A stretch of DNA of 64,000 nt from an uncultured virus (IMG/VR IMGVR_UViG_3300013772_000004) (taxonomy: Duplodnaviria > Heunggongvirae > Uroviricota > Caudoviricetes): the IMG/VR virus record IMGVR_UViG_3300013772_000004; one strand, given 5' to 3'. The stretch's first letter is position 1, and each line of letters opens with the position of its first letter. The position numbers and the translations under genes were made by a program. Of this stretch, positions 29,966 through 40,131 are shown one piece after another. The notes under the pieces were generated by a model. It searched no databases and had not been told where the DNA came from. It was given only the letters and a program-made list of their open reading frames with translations.

Positions 29966-30387
29966 GGAACCGGTGGCTCGAACACTTCATCAAGCAGGCG
30001 GAGCTGATCGCGGAGATGTCGAAGGATCCGAGCACGAAGGTCGGCTGCGTGATAGTGGACGACATGCGCCGCGTGATTGGCAGTGGATTCAATGGCTTTC
30101 CGAGAGGCGTGGAGGACTCTACCGATCGTCTATCGGAGAAGAGTACAAAGAATATCCTAACCGTTCACGCGGAGGCGAACGCCATCTTGCTGGCTGGCTC
30201 GGCGTGCCGTGGTCAGAGGCTCTACTGCACGCGCATGTCCTGCTCGGGCTGCGCGAAGCTCATTGTCCAGTGTGGGCTCGCAGAGGTCTACTGTCCACCA
30301 CTGCCCGCGTCTTCTACCTGGGCAGAGGACGCAGTGTGGACCGAGCTGATATTTCGTGAGGCGGACGTGAGACTGTTTACCTACTAG
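29962..30387 (+). CDS. dCMP deaminase
   Basis: SKDPSTKVG, HAEANA and CSGC motifs. Confidence 0.93.
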   Translation: MRNRWLEHFIKQAELIAEMSKDPSTKVGCVIVDDMRRVIGSGFNGFPRGVEDSTDRLSEKSTKNILTVHAEANAILLAGSACRGQRLYCTRMSCSGCAKLIVQCGLAEVYCPPLPASSTWAEDAVWTELIFREADVRLFTY

Positions 30388-30395
30388 GAGAGCCA

Positions 30396-30932
30396 GTGAT
30401 TCACTACTACTGTGAGAAGAACGAGCTGAAGCGCGGGACCGATGGTTCCGCTGGATACGATCTCGTGTGCGACAACGGCACCGAGAAGGACATGAACCAT
30501 GCAATCGCCACCGACGGAAGTATCTCGCTCGAGCCGGGAAGTCGTCTCCTCGTCAACACCAATCTCTATCTCGCGATGCCTCGTGGAGTTGCGGGAATGG
30601 TATGCTCGAGAAGTGGACTCGCCATCAATAGCGGAGTCGTCGTTCTCAACGCACCGGGAATCATCGACTCCGACTACCGGGGAGAGGTCAAGGTATGCCT
30701 GGCTAACCTGGGAAATCGACGGTACGTCGTTCACCCAGGAGATCGAGTCGCTCAGATAGTCTTCACCCACTATATCGTAGAGCTCCGCAGCTCGGTCGTA
30801 GACAACGAGCCGGTGCAGTCCTACGGTATGGACGGCATTCTACTGGAGCGAGTTGGCACGTTCGAGGACTGGAGCGAGCGATTCGGTGGTACGCCCAGAG
30901 GGGCAGGCGGTCACGGGAGCACCGGTCGATGA
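30396..30932 (+). CDS. dut: Trimeric dUTPase
   Basis: AGYDL, RSGLA, GIIDSDYRGE, RVAQ and RGAGGHGSTG motifs. Confidence 0.95.
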   Translation: MIHYYCEKNELKRGTDGSAGYDLVCDNGTEKDMNHAIATDGSISLEPGSRLLVNTNLYLAMPRGVAGMVCSRSGLAINSGVVVLNAPGIIDSDYRGEVKVCLANLGNRRYVVHPGDRVAQIVFTHYIVELRSSVVDNEPVQSYGMDGILLERVGTFEDWSERFGGTPRGAGGHGSTGR

Positions 30933-31046
30933 GGCCGCACCACTGGACGTTCTGGGAGGCGGTTGGCGTGGCCGTCCTGGTGGCCCTGATCGGCGCGTTC
31001 GTTGGCGTCGCCGTGATGTCTCTCGTGTCCTGGTGAGGGCGATCTC

Positions 31047-31478
31047 GTGAGTAACGAGAAGCAGCTCCGCCACGTCATCCTCGATCGTCTCGCCCCGCTC
31101 CACGCCATCCCCGTCGAGTCGCCGATGGAGGCCGGCGTTCCCGACATCAACTGCGTCGTCGGATGGATCGAGCTGAAGGACCTGGCCTCCTGGCCGTCCT
31201 TCGACCGCACGGTCGTGCGTCCTCCACACTTTCGGCCGGTACAGCGAAACTGGCTGGCCACACGGTGCGCACGTGGGGGAGCCGCATGGCTTCTCCTGCG
31301 CGTCGCAGACGACGTTCTGCTGGTGTGGGGCACCGCAGCCGCCAAAAATATTGGCGTCTCCTGGACTAAATCAGAGCTCTGTCGTAACACTCAGGAACAA
31401 GTGTGGTGGCCACGTATGCCATACGCTGTTGAATTGATTGCAGCCCTGACAAGGAGATCCTGGTGTTCCGTAGATTAG
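31047..31478 (+). CDS. PD-(D/E)xK nuclease, putative Holliday junction resolvase
   Basis: GVPDI...WIELK...Q..W motif. Confidence 0.75.
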   Translation: MSNEKQLRHVILDRLAPLHAIPVESPMEAGVPDINCVVGWIELKDLASWPSFDRTVVRPPHFRPVQRNWLATRCARGGAAWLLLRVADDVLLVWGTAAAKNIGVSWTKSELCRNTQEQVWWPRMPYAVELIAALTRRSWCSVD

Positions 31479-31747
31479 ACTATCCAGAGTATAAGCACTG
31501 GAAGAAAATGAAAGATCGCTGCAACAATACTCATGCTCATAACTATTCACGATACGGTGGGCGAGGAATCAAGTTGTGTCCAGAATGGGACGCAGACTTC
31601 TTTCCATTCCTAGAACACATTGGTCGACGACCAACCATATTTCATACTGTAGATCGCATTGATAACGATCGAGGGTATGAGCCAGGGAATGTTCGATGGG
31701 CAACTCCTGAAGAACAGGGGAAAAATCGGCGAAAGCGAAGTCCATGA
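31463..31747 (+). CDS. HNH homing endonuclease
   Basis: YGGRGIK...TVDRIDNDRGYEPGNVRWAT; low GC; start uncertain. Confidence 0.85.
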   Translation: MFRRLDYPEYKHWKKMKDRCNNTHAHNYSRYGGRGIKLCPEWDADFFPFLEHIGRRPTIFHTVDRIDNDRGYEPGNVRWATPEEQGKNRRKRSP

Positions 31748-31811
31748 CCATGGTCATGGTTGCGTCCGCACTAGGAGTGGCCTAGCCTGGTAACCCGATG
31801 GGAAGCCATTC

Positions 31812-32084
31812 ATGTTGAGTAAGTCGAGCATGTCACGGAAATCACAGAAGATACTGGTGAAGATGTTCTTCACCCGCTCCAAGCAGACCGACGAGAAGAT
31901 CGCTCGGGACATGCTGCGTCTCGAGCTGATGGCCATGCTGCGTCTCGCCGCGCAGGGTCACGGAACGTTCGCGCAGGATCTGCTGGCGCGTGCTCCAGTG
32001 TACCAGCGCGACGTCATGAAGAAGGAGATGCGCGACCTGGCTGCGATGCTGGAGGTGAAGATCGACTCCGAGGACGAGGCGTGA
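31812..32084 (+). CDS. Hypothetical protein
   Basis: Coupled (GTGA) to the primase gene; phage-like codons. Confidence 0.55.
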   Translation: MLSKSSMSRKSQKILVKMFFTRSKQTDEKIARDMLRLELMAMLRLAAQGHGTFAQDLLARAPVYQRDVMKKEMRDLAAMLEVKIDSEDEA

Positions 32085-34507
32085 ACGCGCCAGAGATACT
32101 GAAGTTCCTCCAGTGGCTGTACCCCTCCGGGCCATGGGTCCTGACATCCATCGACCAGAATCAGCAGCTGCCGATCTCCACAGCCACCTTTCGTCCAGAG
32201 ACAGTCAAGGAGATGCTGCTGTGGGTCAAGACAAACAACGAGAAACAGTGGAACGTCTACTACCACGTGAACAAGGTCACTCACGATCTGTCCAAGAAGG
32301 CGGAACGGACCGACATCGCGGAGATGGCGTTTCTCCACGTAGACGTAGACCCACGGGTAAACGAACCGTTCGATGACGAGAAGGCACGTATCCTCCGGCT
32401 GTTTCAGGAGCGACTGCCGGACAGTGTTCCACGACCGTCGGCGATGGTCTTCTCGGGTGGCGGCTACAACGCTCTCTGGCGGCTGGATAGACCGGTGTCG
32501 ATCGCTGCATCCGACCTGCCAGAGTCTGAGATTATCTCGAGATATGAGGATGCTAAGCGGTACAATCTTCAACTAGAGATTACGCTCGGCGGAGACCACT
32601 GCCACAACATCGACCGCATCCTGCGCCTCCCGGGCACGCGCAACTGGCCGAATGCGAAGAAGAGGGCAAAGGGCAGGGAGCCCACGGACGCGACGATAGT
32701 CTACCTGGAGGACCTAGTCTACCCGATCGACAGGTTCGTGGCGGCTCAGCCAATTCAGGCCTCCGGCGCTGGCGGTACCGTCATGTCCGGCGGCATCCGC
32801 GTAGCCATCAGCGGCAACACGAAGCGACTCGGTCACATCAGCGAGCTGGGCGACAAGGTGCCCGACCGAGTCAAGATGATCATCGTGCAGGGTTTCGACC
32901 CAGACGAGCCGAACAAGTATGGATCCTCACGTTCCGAGTGGCTGTTCTACGTGGTGTGTGAGCTCGTCCGTGCCGAGGTCACGGACGACGTCATCTACAG
33001 TGTTATCACAGATCCAGACTTCCTCATCAGTACGAGTATTCTGGACAAGGGCTCATCAGTCGAGCGCTACGCCACGCGTCAGATACAGCGCGCTCGTGAG
33101 AACGCAATCGATCCCAGTCTACGTATACTGAACGAGAAGCACGCCGTCATCGGTAACATGGGCGGCAAGTGTCGCATCGTCGAGGAGCAGATGGACTACG
33201 GTCTGCACCGCTGGCAGCTGACGACGCAGTCCTTCGAGGACTTCCGTAATCGATACATGAACGACAAGATCGAGGTCGGGAAGAACCCCAAGACCGGCGA
33301 TCCCATTCTCCAGGCGAAGGGTCAGTGGTGGCTGGCTCACAGCAAGCGACGACAGTTTGAGACACTCGTGTTCGTACCTGGTAAGGAGGTCGCCGATGCG
33401 TGGAATATGTGGCGCGGATTCGCCTGCGAGGCGCGTCCGGGCACGAAGCATGAGATGTTTATCAGTCACATGCGAGACGTCGTATGCAATGGCGTGGATG
33501 AGCACTATCAGTATCTCGTCAAGTGGATGGCTCGAGCAGTACAACACCCTGATACTCAAGGAGAGGTGGCGATCGTTTTCCGTGGGGACATGGGCGTCGG
33601 AAAGGGAACAGTTGCTTCCCAGTTCGGCATGCTCTGGGGCCGGCACTTCCTCCAGGTCAGCGATCCAAAGCATCTCGTCGGATCGTTCAATGCACATCTT
33701 CGAGATGCAGTTATCGTCTTCGCCGACGAAGCTTTCTATGCAGGTGATAAGAAACACGAGAGCATTCTTAAGACACTTATCACGGAAGATCTACTTGCCA
33801 TCGAGGGGAAGGGTAAGGACGTCGTCACGTCCCGCAACTATGTTCATCTTATGATGGCGTCGAATGCGGAGTGGGTCGTTCCAGCGGGCTTCAACGAGCG
33901 CCGGTACATGGTAATCGACGTGCCGCCTACCAAGATGGGCGACAGGAAGTACTGGAACGAGCTGCACAAGCAGATGGACGAGGGCGGTCGCGAGAACCTG
34001 CTGCACTTCCTGATGACCCTCGACCTGAGCGACTACGAGGTTCGCACGGTGCCGCAGACGCAGGGTCTCCGCGACCAGAAGCTGCTCACCATGTCTACCG
34101 AGCAGGAGTGGTGGTACCAGAAGCTTCAGAACGGTACCATCACCAGGAACCACGCACACTGGACGGCGCCGGTGTGGAAGGACGGCCTGCACAACGAGTA
34201 TCTGGAGTACGCCCAGAAGATCGGGGTGCAGCGGCGGTCGAGCGCGACGGCTCTCGGGAAGTTCCTGAACAAGGTCTGCCCTCCGGGCTACCCGCGCAGC
34301 AAGCAGCTGTCCAAGCAGATCGTCAAGGACAACGGCAACAAGTTCACTGAGCGTCACTACGCCTACGAGTTCCCACCACTCGTCGAGTGTCGCGCGCACT
34401 TCGACAAGAACTTTGGTGGACCGTACCAGTGGAACGAGGAACCGCAGGAACCGAACGGTAGTATCGAACAGCCGAGTGCGAGCTCGGACGACTTTCGCGC
34501 ATTCTAA
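32081..34507 (+). CDS. Primase (RepB-like) - SF3 helicase fusion
   Basis: HVDVD, SGGGY and RILRLPGT (primase); GDMGVGKG, FADE and ASN (helicase). Confidence 0.9.
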   Translation: MNAPEILKFLQWLYPSGPWVLTSIDQNQQLPISTATFRPETVKEMLLWVKTNNEKQWNVYYHVNKVTHDLSKKAERTDIAEMAFLHVDVDPRVNEPFDDEKARILRLFQERLPDSVPRPSAMVFSGGGYNALWRLDRPVSIAASDLPESEIISRYEDAKRYNLQLEITLGGDHCHNIDRILRLPGTRNWPNAKKRAKGREPTDATIVYLEDLVYPIDRFVAAQPIQASGAGGTVMSGGIRVAISGNTKRLGHISELGDKVPDRVKMIIVQGFDPDEPNKYGSSRSEWLFYVVCELVRAEVTDDVIYSVITDPDFLISTSILDKGSSVERYATRQIQRARENAIDPSLRILNEKHAVIGNMGGKCRIVEEQMDYGLHRWQLTTQSFEDFRNRYMNDKIEVGKNPKTGDPILQAKGQWWLAHSKRRQFETLVFVPGKEVADAWNMWRGFACEARPGTKHEMFISHMRDVVCNGVDEHYQYLVKWMARAVQHPDTQGEVAIVFRGDMGVGKGTVASQFGMLWGRHFLQVSDPKHLVGSFNAHLRDAVIVFADEAFYAGDKKHESILKTLITEDLLAIEGKGKDVVTSRNYVHLMMASNAEWVVPAGFNERRYMVIDVPPTKMGDRKYWNELHKQMDEGGRENLLHFLMTLDLSDYEVRTVPQTQGLRDQKLLTMSTEQEWWYQKLQNGTITRNHAHWTAPVWKDGLHNEYLEYAQKIGVQRRSSATALGKFLNKVCPPGYPRSKQLSKQIVKDNGNKFTERHYAYEFPPLVECRAHFDKNFGGPYQWNEEPQEPNGSIEQPSASSDDFRAF

Positions 34508-34521
34508 GGAGGGAAGAACCG

Positions 34522-35241
34522 ATGGAAGACATTCCGGAACGTATCGTCGCACAACTCAATCCGATGCAGCGCATCCACATGCTGCACGAGGACGTCATCG
34601 AGAAGATGGCGATGCAGGACAACGCGGTGCCGAAGGGACGCGGCGTGGTTCTTCCACTGACCGACGAGCAGCGGCTCGCCCGGATGCGGTATCTCGGCGG
34701 CGAGACAGACGGCCAGTCGCTCGACCGGTGGCTGAGCAGCACGCCCCTCAACTGCCCCGATCTGTACTACATGCTGAGAAACCACAACGGGGGTAAGTCA
34801 CCGACCGCTCCCGACCCAGCGGACCACTGGACCGACGGTGGGCAGACGAATCGCACCGTGGACTGCATCGGCGGAATGGCGTGGTGCGGAGGCTGGGACC
34901 GCTACCAGCCTGTCCGCTTCAGTCATATCTACGACGGCTGGATTAACACCGACTCAATGATCCAGGACGCTCGTGGTCCTCGCAAGTGTTTCCTGCCAGT
35001 CGACGCTCAGCTCGGCGCCTACGTGGTGTGCCAGTCTGGCTCACCCGGCCACAAGATCGGTCATATCGGCGGTATCGTAGAGCTGCCAGAGAACTTCGAC
35101 GTCAAGAAGCGAGAGGACTGGATCGCTACGAAGATCGTCGACTGCTCCTACCAGGGAATCAACCGCTGCAACAACGTGCGGAATATGGGAGGCTGGTTCG
35201 GCACCGGCGCCCTCTTCGTCGTGCCGAACATGGTGCCATAG
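34522..35241 (+). CDS. NlpC/P60/CHAP-like cysteine hydrolase
   Basis: DCIGGMAWC, WINTD, GHIG and IVDCS motifs. Confidence 0.6.
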   Translation: MEDIPERIVAQLNPMQRIHMLHEDVIEKMAMQDNAVPKGRGVVLPLTDEQRLARMRYLGGETDGQSLDRWLSSTPLNCPDLYYMLRNHNGGKSPTAPDPADHWTDGGQTNRTVDCIGGMAWCGGWDRYQPVRFSHIYDGWINTDSMIQDARGPRKCFLPVDAQLGAYVVCQSGSPGHKIGHIGGIVELPENFDVKKREDWIATKIVDCSYQGINRCNNVRNMGGWFGTGALFVVPNMVP

Positions 35242-35546
35242 TGAGCGACACCGTTCGCGTGACCCCTCGTGAGTTCCGCGCCTCCTGGGCTCGACGTCAC
35301 CTAGAGGGCATCGATCCTGAGACCGAGCCGTACAGACGTTCTACTGGAGCGTTTGTTGGTCAGCGTACAGTGTACGAAGAGACGCCGTGGCCTACAGTGG
35401 TAACTGCCAGGGAGGCACTTCGTGACGAACTCGAGATACTGCCGTGAGGTTCCACAGACACTCCGTCGTGACCTCGACCTGAGTACACTGCTCGTTCAAT
35501 TCCTGTGTGGCGGAATGCTACTCTACTTCTTCCTGGAGAGAATACT

Positions 35547-36086
35547 GTGTCAGTTCTAGACAAGCTCAAGGCACAGGCCGTCGCCGGTCGTGGTCTCTAC
35601 GTCAGCATCCCGATCACCAGTGGTTGGCCCGGAGACGTCGGCAGGTTCATGCCGACGGACCCACACATGACGATCCACCACTTCGGGAAGAAGAACTCGG
35701 AGGAGCGCGTCGAGAAGATCCACGCCGCGACGCTCGAGGCTCTAGACGCAGTCGGCATGAGGAAGAGCGTGCCGAGTATAGAGCTGACAGGTGTCGGGTT
35801 CCTCTACCAGAGAGACCGTACCGCGACGCCGGTCGCTCTCGTCAACTGCTTCACGATCTGCTCGTTCCGTGACGAGCTGGTGCGCAGGCTCACGACGGCG
35901 GAGATCGAGGTCTCCACCTACTTCGGCTTCATACCCCACGTCACTCTCGACCTGCACGACTCGTACTCGAACCACGACGTCGCGATGTCGATGATCAATG
36001 GGCGTAAGACTCCATGCGTGTCGCCCGGAGTGTTCCTGGTGTGTGGTGACGAGCGAGTCCGACTCACCGACGAGCCGGTGTTCTAG
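35547..36086 (+). CDS. 2H phosphoesterase (Acb1/gp57B/LigT-like)
   Basis: Two HxT motifs (PHMTI, PHVTL); N-terminal GLYV. Confidence 0.78.
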   Translation: MSVLDKLKAQAVAGRGLYVSIPITSGWPGDVGRFMPTDPHMTIHHFGKKNSEERVEKIHAATLEALDAVGMRKSVPSIELTGVGFLYQRDRTATPVALVNCFTICSFRDELVRRLTTAEIEVSTYFGFIPHVTLDLHDSYSNHDVAMSMINGRKTPCVSPGVFLVCGDERVRLTDEPVF

Positions 36087-36467
36087 ATGGGAGACAACGG
36101 CAAGAGTCGAGACATCTGCGGCCACTGCCTCCGGACCGTGTGGCGCCCGGACGTCTCTGGTCCTATCACCATCGAGGAGTGTACCGGGTATCGTGGCGAT
36201 CGGTGCGTTCTCGTTGCGAACAGCAACAACCTGAGGGCGATGCTCGTTCACATGCTGAGATCGCCGGGAGACACGACGGTTGCAGCCGAGGCGCGTCGCC
36301 TCCTGGGCATCGTCGATCCGGTCTTCGACGAGCGGTGCTGTCCTCTGTGTACTGCTCCGTACGTCGTGACGAGCGGGCGCGTGCAGGTTCACTTCACATA
36401 CGTGACCGACAAGGATCCCTGCCCCGCGTCCTTCAAGCACGTCATCGACGGAAAGCTATCCAAGTGA
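36087..36467 (+). CDS. Cys-rich hypothetical protein
   Basis: CxxC motifs; in operon. Confidence 0.5.
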   Translation: MGDNGKSRDICGHCLRTVWRPDVSGPITIEECTGYRGDRCVLVANSNNLRAMLVHMLRSPGDTTVAAEARRLLGIVDPVFDERCCPLCTAPYVVTSGRVQVHFTYVTDKDPCPASFKHVIDGKLSK

Positions 36468-36889
36468 TCTTCAGAGAGAACACTACCGGCATCTATCACG
36501 AGGCGGACGAGACACAGTCCGGCTACCTCACGGCGTGCAACCTGGCGTTCAGGCCCGGAGACGGGATACCCGTAGAGGGATGCTTTACGACGTGCCTCCG
36601 GTGTCGAGAGCCCGTCGCGCAGGTTCTCACCGGCCCACCGGAGCGTCGCACCGGGAAGACCAGCCGACCTCGCTGGCGTACGCCTCGCAACGTTCTCACG
36701 GAGACAATCGAGAACACCAAGTTCGCACACAAGGAGATCGTCACCGCGCTGGAGTGGCTACAGCGCGGCGGCGAGGCGCAGTTCGTGAGCGACGCCGTGT
36801 CTCACGTCCATCTCGCCTACCGTTTCCTGGGCGAGGTACTGGTCGCACACGGCGTGATCGAGAGGGCAATTGTCGAAGAAGACGACTGA
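36464..36889 (+). CDS. Hypothetical Zn-binding protein
   Basis: H...C...CxxC; GTGA overlap. Confidence 0.5.
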   Translation: MIFRENTTGIYHEADETQSGYLTACNLAFRPGDGIPVEGCFTTCLRCREPVAQVLTGPPERRTGKTSRPRWRTPRNVLTETIENTKFAHKEIVTALEWLQRGGEAQFVSDAVSHVHLAYRFLGEVLVAHGVIERAIVEEDD

Positions 36890-37091
36890 GGAGCTGATGG
36901 CCGAGCTGCGCGAGAGGAATCGCCAGCTGGAGCAGACCAAGGGACTCGACGCCTACATCGACGTGTGGAGCGAGGCTCGAGATCTCACAGCTGAGATCCA
37001 GCGTCGCATCAGCCAGCCGATGGTCGTCGAGATTCTAGAAGCAGACGAGACGATCGTGCCGTTCACCGACACGAGAGGAAAGAACAAGTAG

Positions 37092-37340
37092 ATGCCAAAG
37101 ACACACGATCCACAACAGCTAGGCCCGAACGTCTATCGTCACTACAAGACAGACTCTCTGTACAGAGTCATCACTGACAGGGCGATACTCACGACCAACG
37201 GTCCGGACGACGGTCGGCCTGCTGTCGTGTACGTCTCACTGACTAACGGCCACGTCTTCGTCCGTGCGTTCGACGAGTTCTACAGCGCCGTCGATCTTCC
37301 GGAGGGTGGATCCGTACTGCGGTTCGAGAGGGCCAAGTGA
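37092..37340 (+). CDS. DUF1653-like SH3-fold protein
   Basis: YRHYK...VVY......VFVR...EF...RFE. Confidence 0.75.
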   Translation: MPKTHDPQQLGPNVYRHYKTDSLYRVITDRAILTTNGPDDGRPAVVYVSLTNGHVFVRAFDEFYSAVDLPEGGSVLRFERAK

Positions 37341-37515
37341 AACCCGACGTTGTTGTGCGCGTACAGGGCCCGGTCTGGGAGGCCGTACTGACGGTCCCTG
37401 GGGCCTACGGAGACGCCGGTAGGGTGGCCGGTAGGCTGCGCATGCAGGGGCTAGCCGCGAGACGCAGCGGCGACGAGGTACTCGTCAACGCGAACCACGT
37501 GCCGGCGCACCTCCG

Positions 37516-37776
37516 ATGATCGAATGGATTGTCTCACTGCTGCTCACCTTTCTCTCCCCGACACGCCTACGGTGCCCGGGCCGCATGTGGGTCGAGGGTG
37601 TGCGCACAGACGGTCAGAGCGTCTGTAGAGACGGGGCCGCCGACGTGTGCCCTACCGCCAGGCCCTGTCCGGACGGCCACACGGAGAGAGCCATACGTCT
37701 TCGGCTGGCGTGCCCGGAGGGTACGCGACCCTCGGCGCTGAACGACGGGAAGACCATTGCCTGTGTCCCGCGCTGA
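37516..37776 (+). CDS. Small Cys-rich exported protein
   Basis: Hydrophobic N-terminus; six Cys. Confidence 0.5.
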   Translation: MIEWIVSLLLTFLSPTRLRCPGRMWVEGVRTDGQSVCRDGAADVCPTARPCPDGHTERAIRLRLACPEGTRPSALNDGKTIACVPR

Positions 37777-37999
37777 GGAGGCACGCAGGCTTCGCGCCGA
37801 CGGATTCACCGTGCTAGAGATCTGCGAGAGAATGGGTATCAAGCGAAACTGGTACTACAGTCTTCTTAGCGTAGAGAACTACAGGAGACGCACCGACAGG
37901 GCACGCGATCGGAAGAGCAGGAGAGCCGGGAAGAGAAGATACCTGTGCAGCGTGTGCGATCAGCCGGGTCACAACGCCAGGAGGCACCGTCGCCAGTGA
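37757..37999 (+). CDS. HTH + zinc-knuckle protein (paralog of 18762)
   Basis: LRADGFTVLEICERMGI; CSVCDQPGHN. Confidence 0.7.
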   Translation: MPVSRAEEARRLRADGFTVLEICERMGIKRNWYYSLLSVENYRRRTDRARDRKSRRAGKRRYLCSVCDQPGHNARRHRRQ

Positions 38000-38052
38000 G
38001 GGGCGCCGCGCCGCGCCACAGGATTCCCTGAGTAACTGATTGCTTGCTCGGA

Positions 38053-38319
38053 TCAGTACAGTTCCCAGTGATCGTTACTCCACACCACGCATCCACACTT
38101 GCGAGGACGTATGTGCATCATGCCCTCGTGGCGGTAGTACCTGGCGCACGCGGGACTCTCGAGCAGGAAATTCGTAGTCCGACGTAGCCTGTCCTTGAGT
38201 AGCCGCAGGCGATGCCGCGAGAGATCGCGAGTGGGGTCGGTGATCAGGTAGATATCCAGCCCGATCGCTGCGTCCGGCGGGAGATCTGCTGCCGTGAGGT
38301 ATACGTGTGGCCTCCTCAC
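38053..38319 (-). CDS. Early Cys/His paralog family member
   Basis: ADLPPDAAIGLDIY...DLSRH...FLLESPAC...H....CGC. Confidence 0.75.
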   Translation of the reverse strand: MRRPHVYLTAADLPPDAAIGLDIYLITDPTRDLSRHRLRLLKDRLRRTTNFLLESPACARYYRHEGMMHIRPRKCGCVVWSNDHWELY

Positions 38320-38594
38320 AGAACAAACGGCTTGTCTAGGGACGGCTGCCCTGGAGGCGTGGTGATGCGGATCTGAAACGGCGTGTAGGTCGGGAGCACA
38401 CCGGCGTAGTGACCCGTGGCCGCGTAGTAGATCGTTTGATCGCAGTAGTGCAGTCTCGCGATCTCGGTATATGGAGTCCATGGTCCCTCCTCAGTGCCCT
38501 TGCAGACACGATGGTAGCCGTCCTCCTCACGAGTCTCGTGGACTACTGGCCGAGGGTGGTTGTTCCCCCGCTTGACGTAGTGCGTGTTGGGCAT
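38316..38594 (-). CDS. Leaderless early protein
   Basis: ATG lies 5 nt after the promoter -10 element. Confidence 0.7.
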   Translation of the reverse strand: MPNTHYVKRGNNHPRPVVHETREEDGYHRVCKGTEEGPWTPYTEIARLHYCDQTIYYAATGHYAGVLPTYTPFQIRITTPPGQPSLDKPFVL

Positions 38595-38599
38595 GCCCT

Positions 38600-38628
38600 A
38601 CAGTGGCCACTCCACACTCTCGCCGCAA
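38600..38628 (-). promoter_or_regulatory. Early promoter P1
   Basis: TTGCGG-N17-CACTGT. Confidence 0.7.
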
Positions 38629-38633
38629 TACGG

Positions 38634-38990
38634 CTAGAACAGTTTGAGCTGCTGACCGCGCCTCGGCAGTCTCTTGGTCCGCCTGTCGGTCACGGTCGCG
38701 ATCGTGTCAGGGTCAGCCATCGGTCTTCCCGCCACCGTGACCTCGTCGTCGGGTCGGACACACAACTCGCGTACCTCCTCTGGCCATTTCTCGGACGATA
38801 CCCACAGTAGATGGAACCCGTCACGATCACCGGTCGAGTGACTCGAGCCCTGGACGACCAGAACCTCACCTCCATACCAGTACTCACCGTCGGACCAGTT
38901 GAGACAGTGAATACGGTCACCGTGGCGTAGGTTGGAGACACGGACCAACCATGCGTTCGTAGTAGGATGATGTCTTCCGCCTGCATTCAC
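38634..38990 (-). CDS. Hypothetical early protein
   Basis: ORF tiles with neighbours. Confidence 0.5.
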   Translation of the reverse strand: MNAGGRHHPTTNAWLVRVSNLRHGDRIHCLNWSDGEYWYGGEVLVVQGSSHSTGDRDGFHLLWVSSEKWPEEVRELCVRPDDEVTVAGRPMADPDTIATVTDRRTKRLPRRGQQLKLF

Positions 38991-39517
38991 GGTGTCTTCC
39001 TCTCGATAGCGCGGCGCTTTCGCCGGCAGCTGTTTCTCTTGCAGTGCCTACCCTCCGGAAACGTCCCGCCGCAGATCGTACACTCCTCCGGCAGTGTCTC
39101 CTCGAACATCTTGGCGAACCGCGTATCCGTGGTGGGGATGGCGCGTGCCGCCCGGAGGCGTGCGGCGATCGGATGGTCGAGCAGCCGGAGACGGCCTACT
39201 GCCCTGTGGAGAGCATTCGCCGCTACCGCGTGCTTGCCCCGGGCAAACGCCTCCGATATCTCCATGTGCCAGGCAACGGTCTGCAGAGCCTCTCGCTGGC
39301 GCCGCACGGGTGCCACCATGGTAAGCAGCCACACGACGATGGCCTGGCGAGAGTTGAGCTCGGCCACGCGCTCCTCCTGCTCCATGCGAGCCAGGCGCTC
39401 GTCGTCCGCCTTGCGGATCATCTCGAACTCGCGCTGCTGGAAGAAGTTGTAGACGTTCCGCTGCGCGGTGCAGTTCACACAGACGCAGGCGGGACAGTAT
39501 GGGATCTGACTAGCCAC
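38987..39517 (-). CDS. Hypothetical early protein with Cys motifs
   Basis: ORF tiles with neighbours; CxxC motifs. Confidence 0.5.
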   Translation of the reverse strand: MASQIPYCPACVCVNCTAQRNVYNFFQQREFEMIRKADDERLARMEQEERVAELNSRQAIVVWLLTMVAPVRRQREALQTVAWHMEISEAFARGKHAVAANALHRAVGRLRLLDHPIAARLRAARAIPTTDTRFAKMFEETLPEECTICGGTFPEGRHCKRNSCRRKRRAIERKTP

Positions 39518-39690
39518 GTCGCTCCACACTGGTGACGTACTTGTGGATCTCCTTGCGCAGCCACATGAACCGCACCTCGTCGTAGGGAAGACCGGCCTCT
39601 CGCAGCTCTCCCAGAACACGCAGCTCCTCGACGTGCTCCTTGGCCCGCATCAGCGGCTTCATGCTATCGATGAACTGTCGCTCGGCATCG

Positions 39691-40095
39691 TCACTCATGG
39701 TTATCTCCGTAGTCGCTAAAGGCGGTGATCTCCGACCCGCACTTGGGGCACGACGAGTGAGTACCGTTGCGGTCGGTACGCTCGTAGGTGTAGTGGACGT
39801 GGCGGCACTCCCAGCACGCCACTCGCTCGACCTCGTCGAACGCCACGCAGCGCGCACACACCCCAGGATCCCCCAGATGCACGCACCTGTATAGAAGACA
39901 CCTAGTACACTCCGCAGTGTGAAGACCGTGAATGCAGGGTCGCTCGGCGTCACTGTCCCACTCCTTGTCGGTTCTGGCCTCCAGTGTAGTGCCCGGAGGC
40001 GGTGTCCATGCGCAGGGAAGATCTGTCTCCGGGTGCCATACTCCGCACCAGGCGACGTCCACGGAGTCGACGCCGACTGCCACGTGGGTCGTCAC
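39691..40095 (-). CDS. Cys-rich hypothetical early protein
   Basis: Multiple CxxC and CxH motifs. Confidence 0.5.
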   Translation of the reverse strand: MTTHVAVGVDSVDVAWCGVWHPETDLPCAWTPPPGTTLEARTDKEWDSDAERPCIHGLHTAECTRCLLYRCVHLGDPGVCARCVAFDEVERVACWECRHVHYTYERTDRNGTHSSCPKCGSEITAFSDYGDNHE

Positions 40096-40131
40096 TTGGT
40101 TCCCCTCACGGGAACCATGGCCCAGTGAGCC

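Noticed and set aside
14155..38000. 7-deazaguanine modification as the cause of GA avoidance
   Set aside because: No dpdA, folE or queCDE-like genes seen in this window; cannot be excluded for the unseen part of the genome
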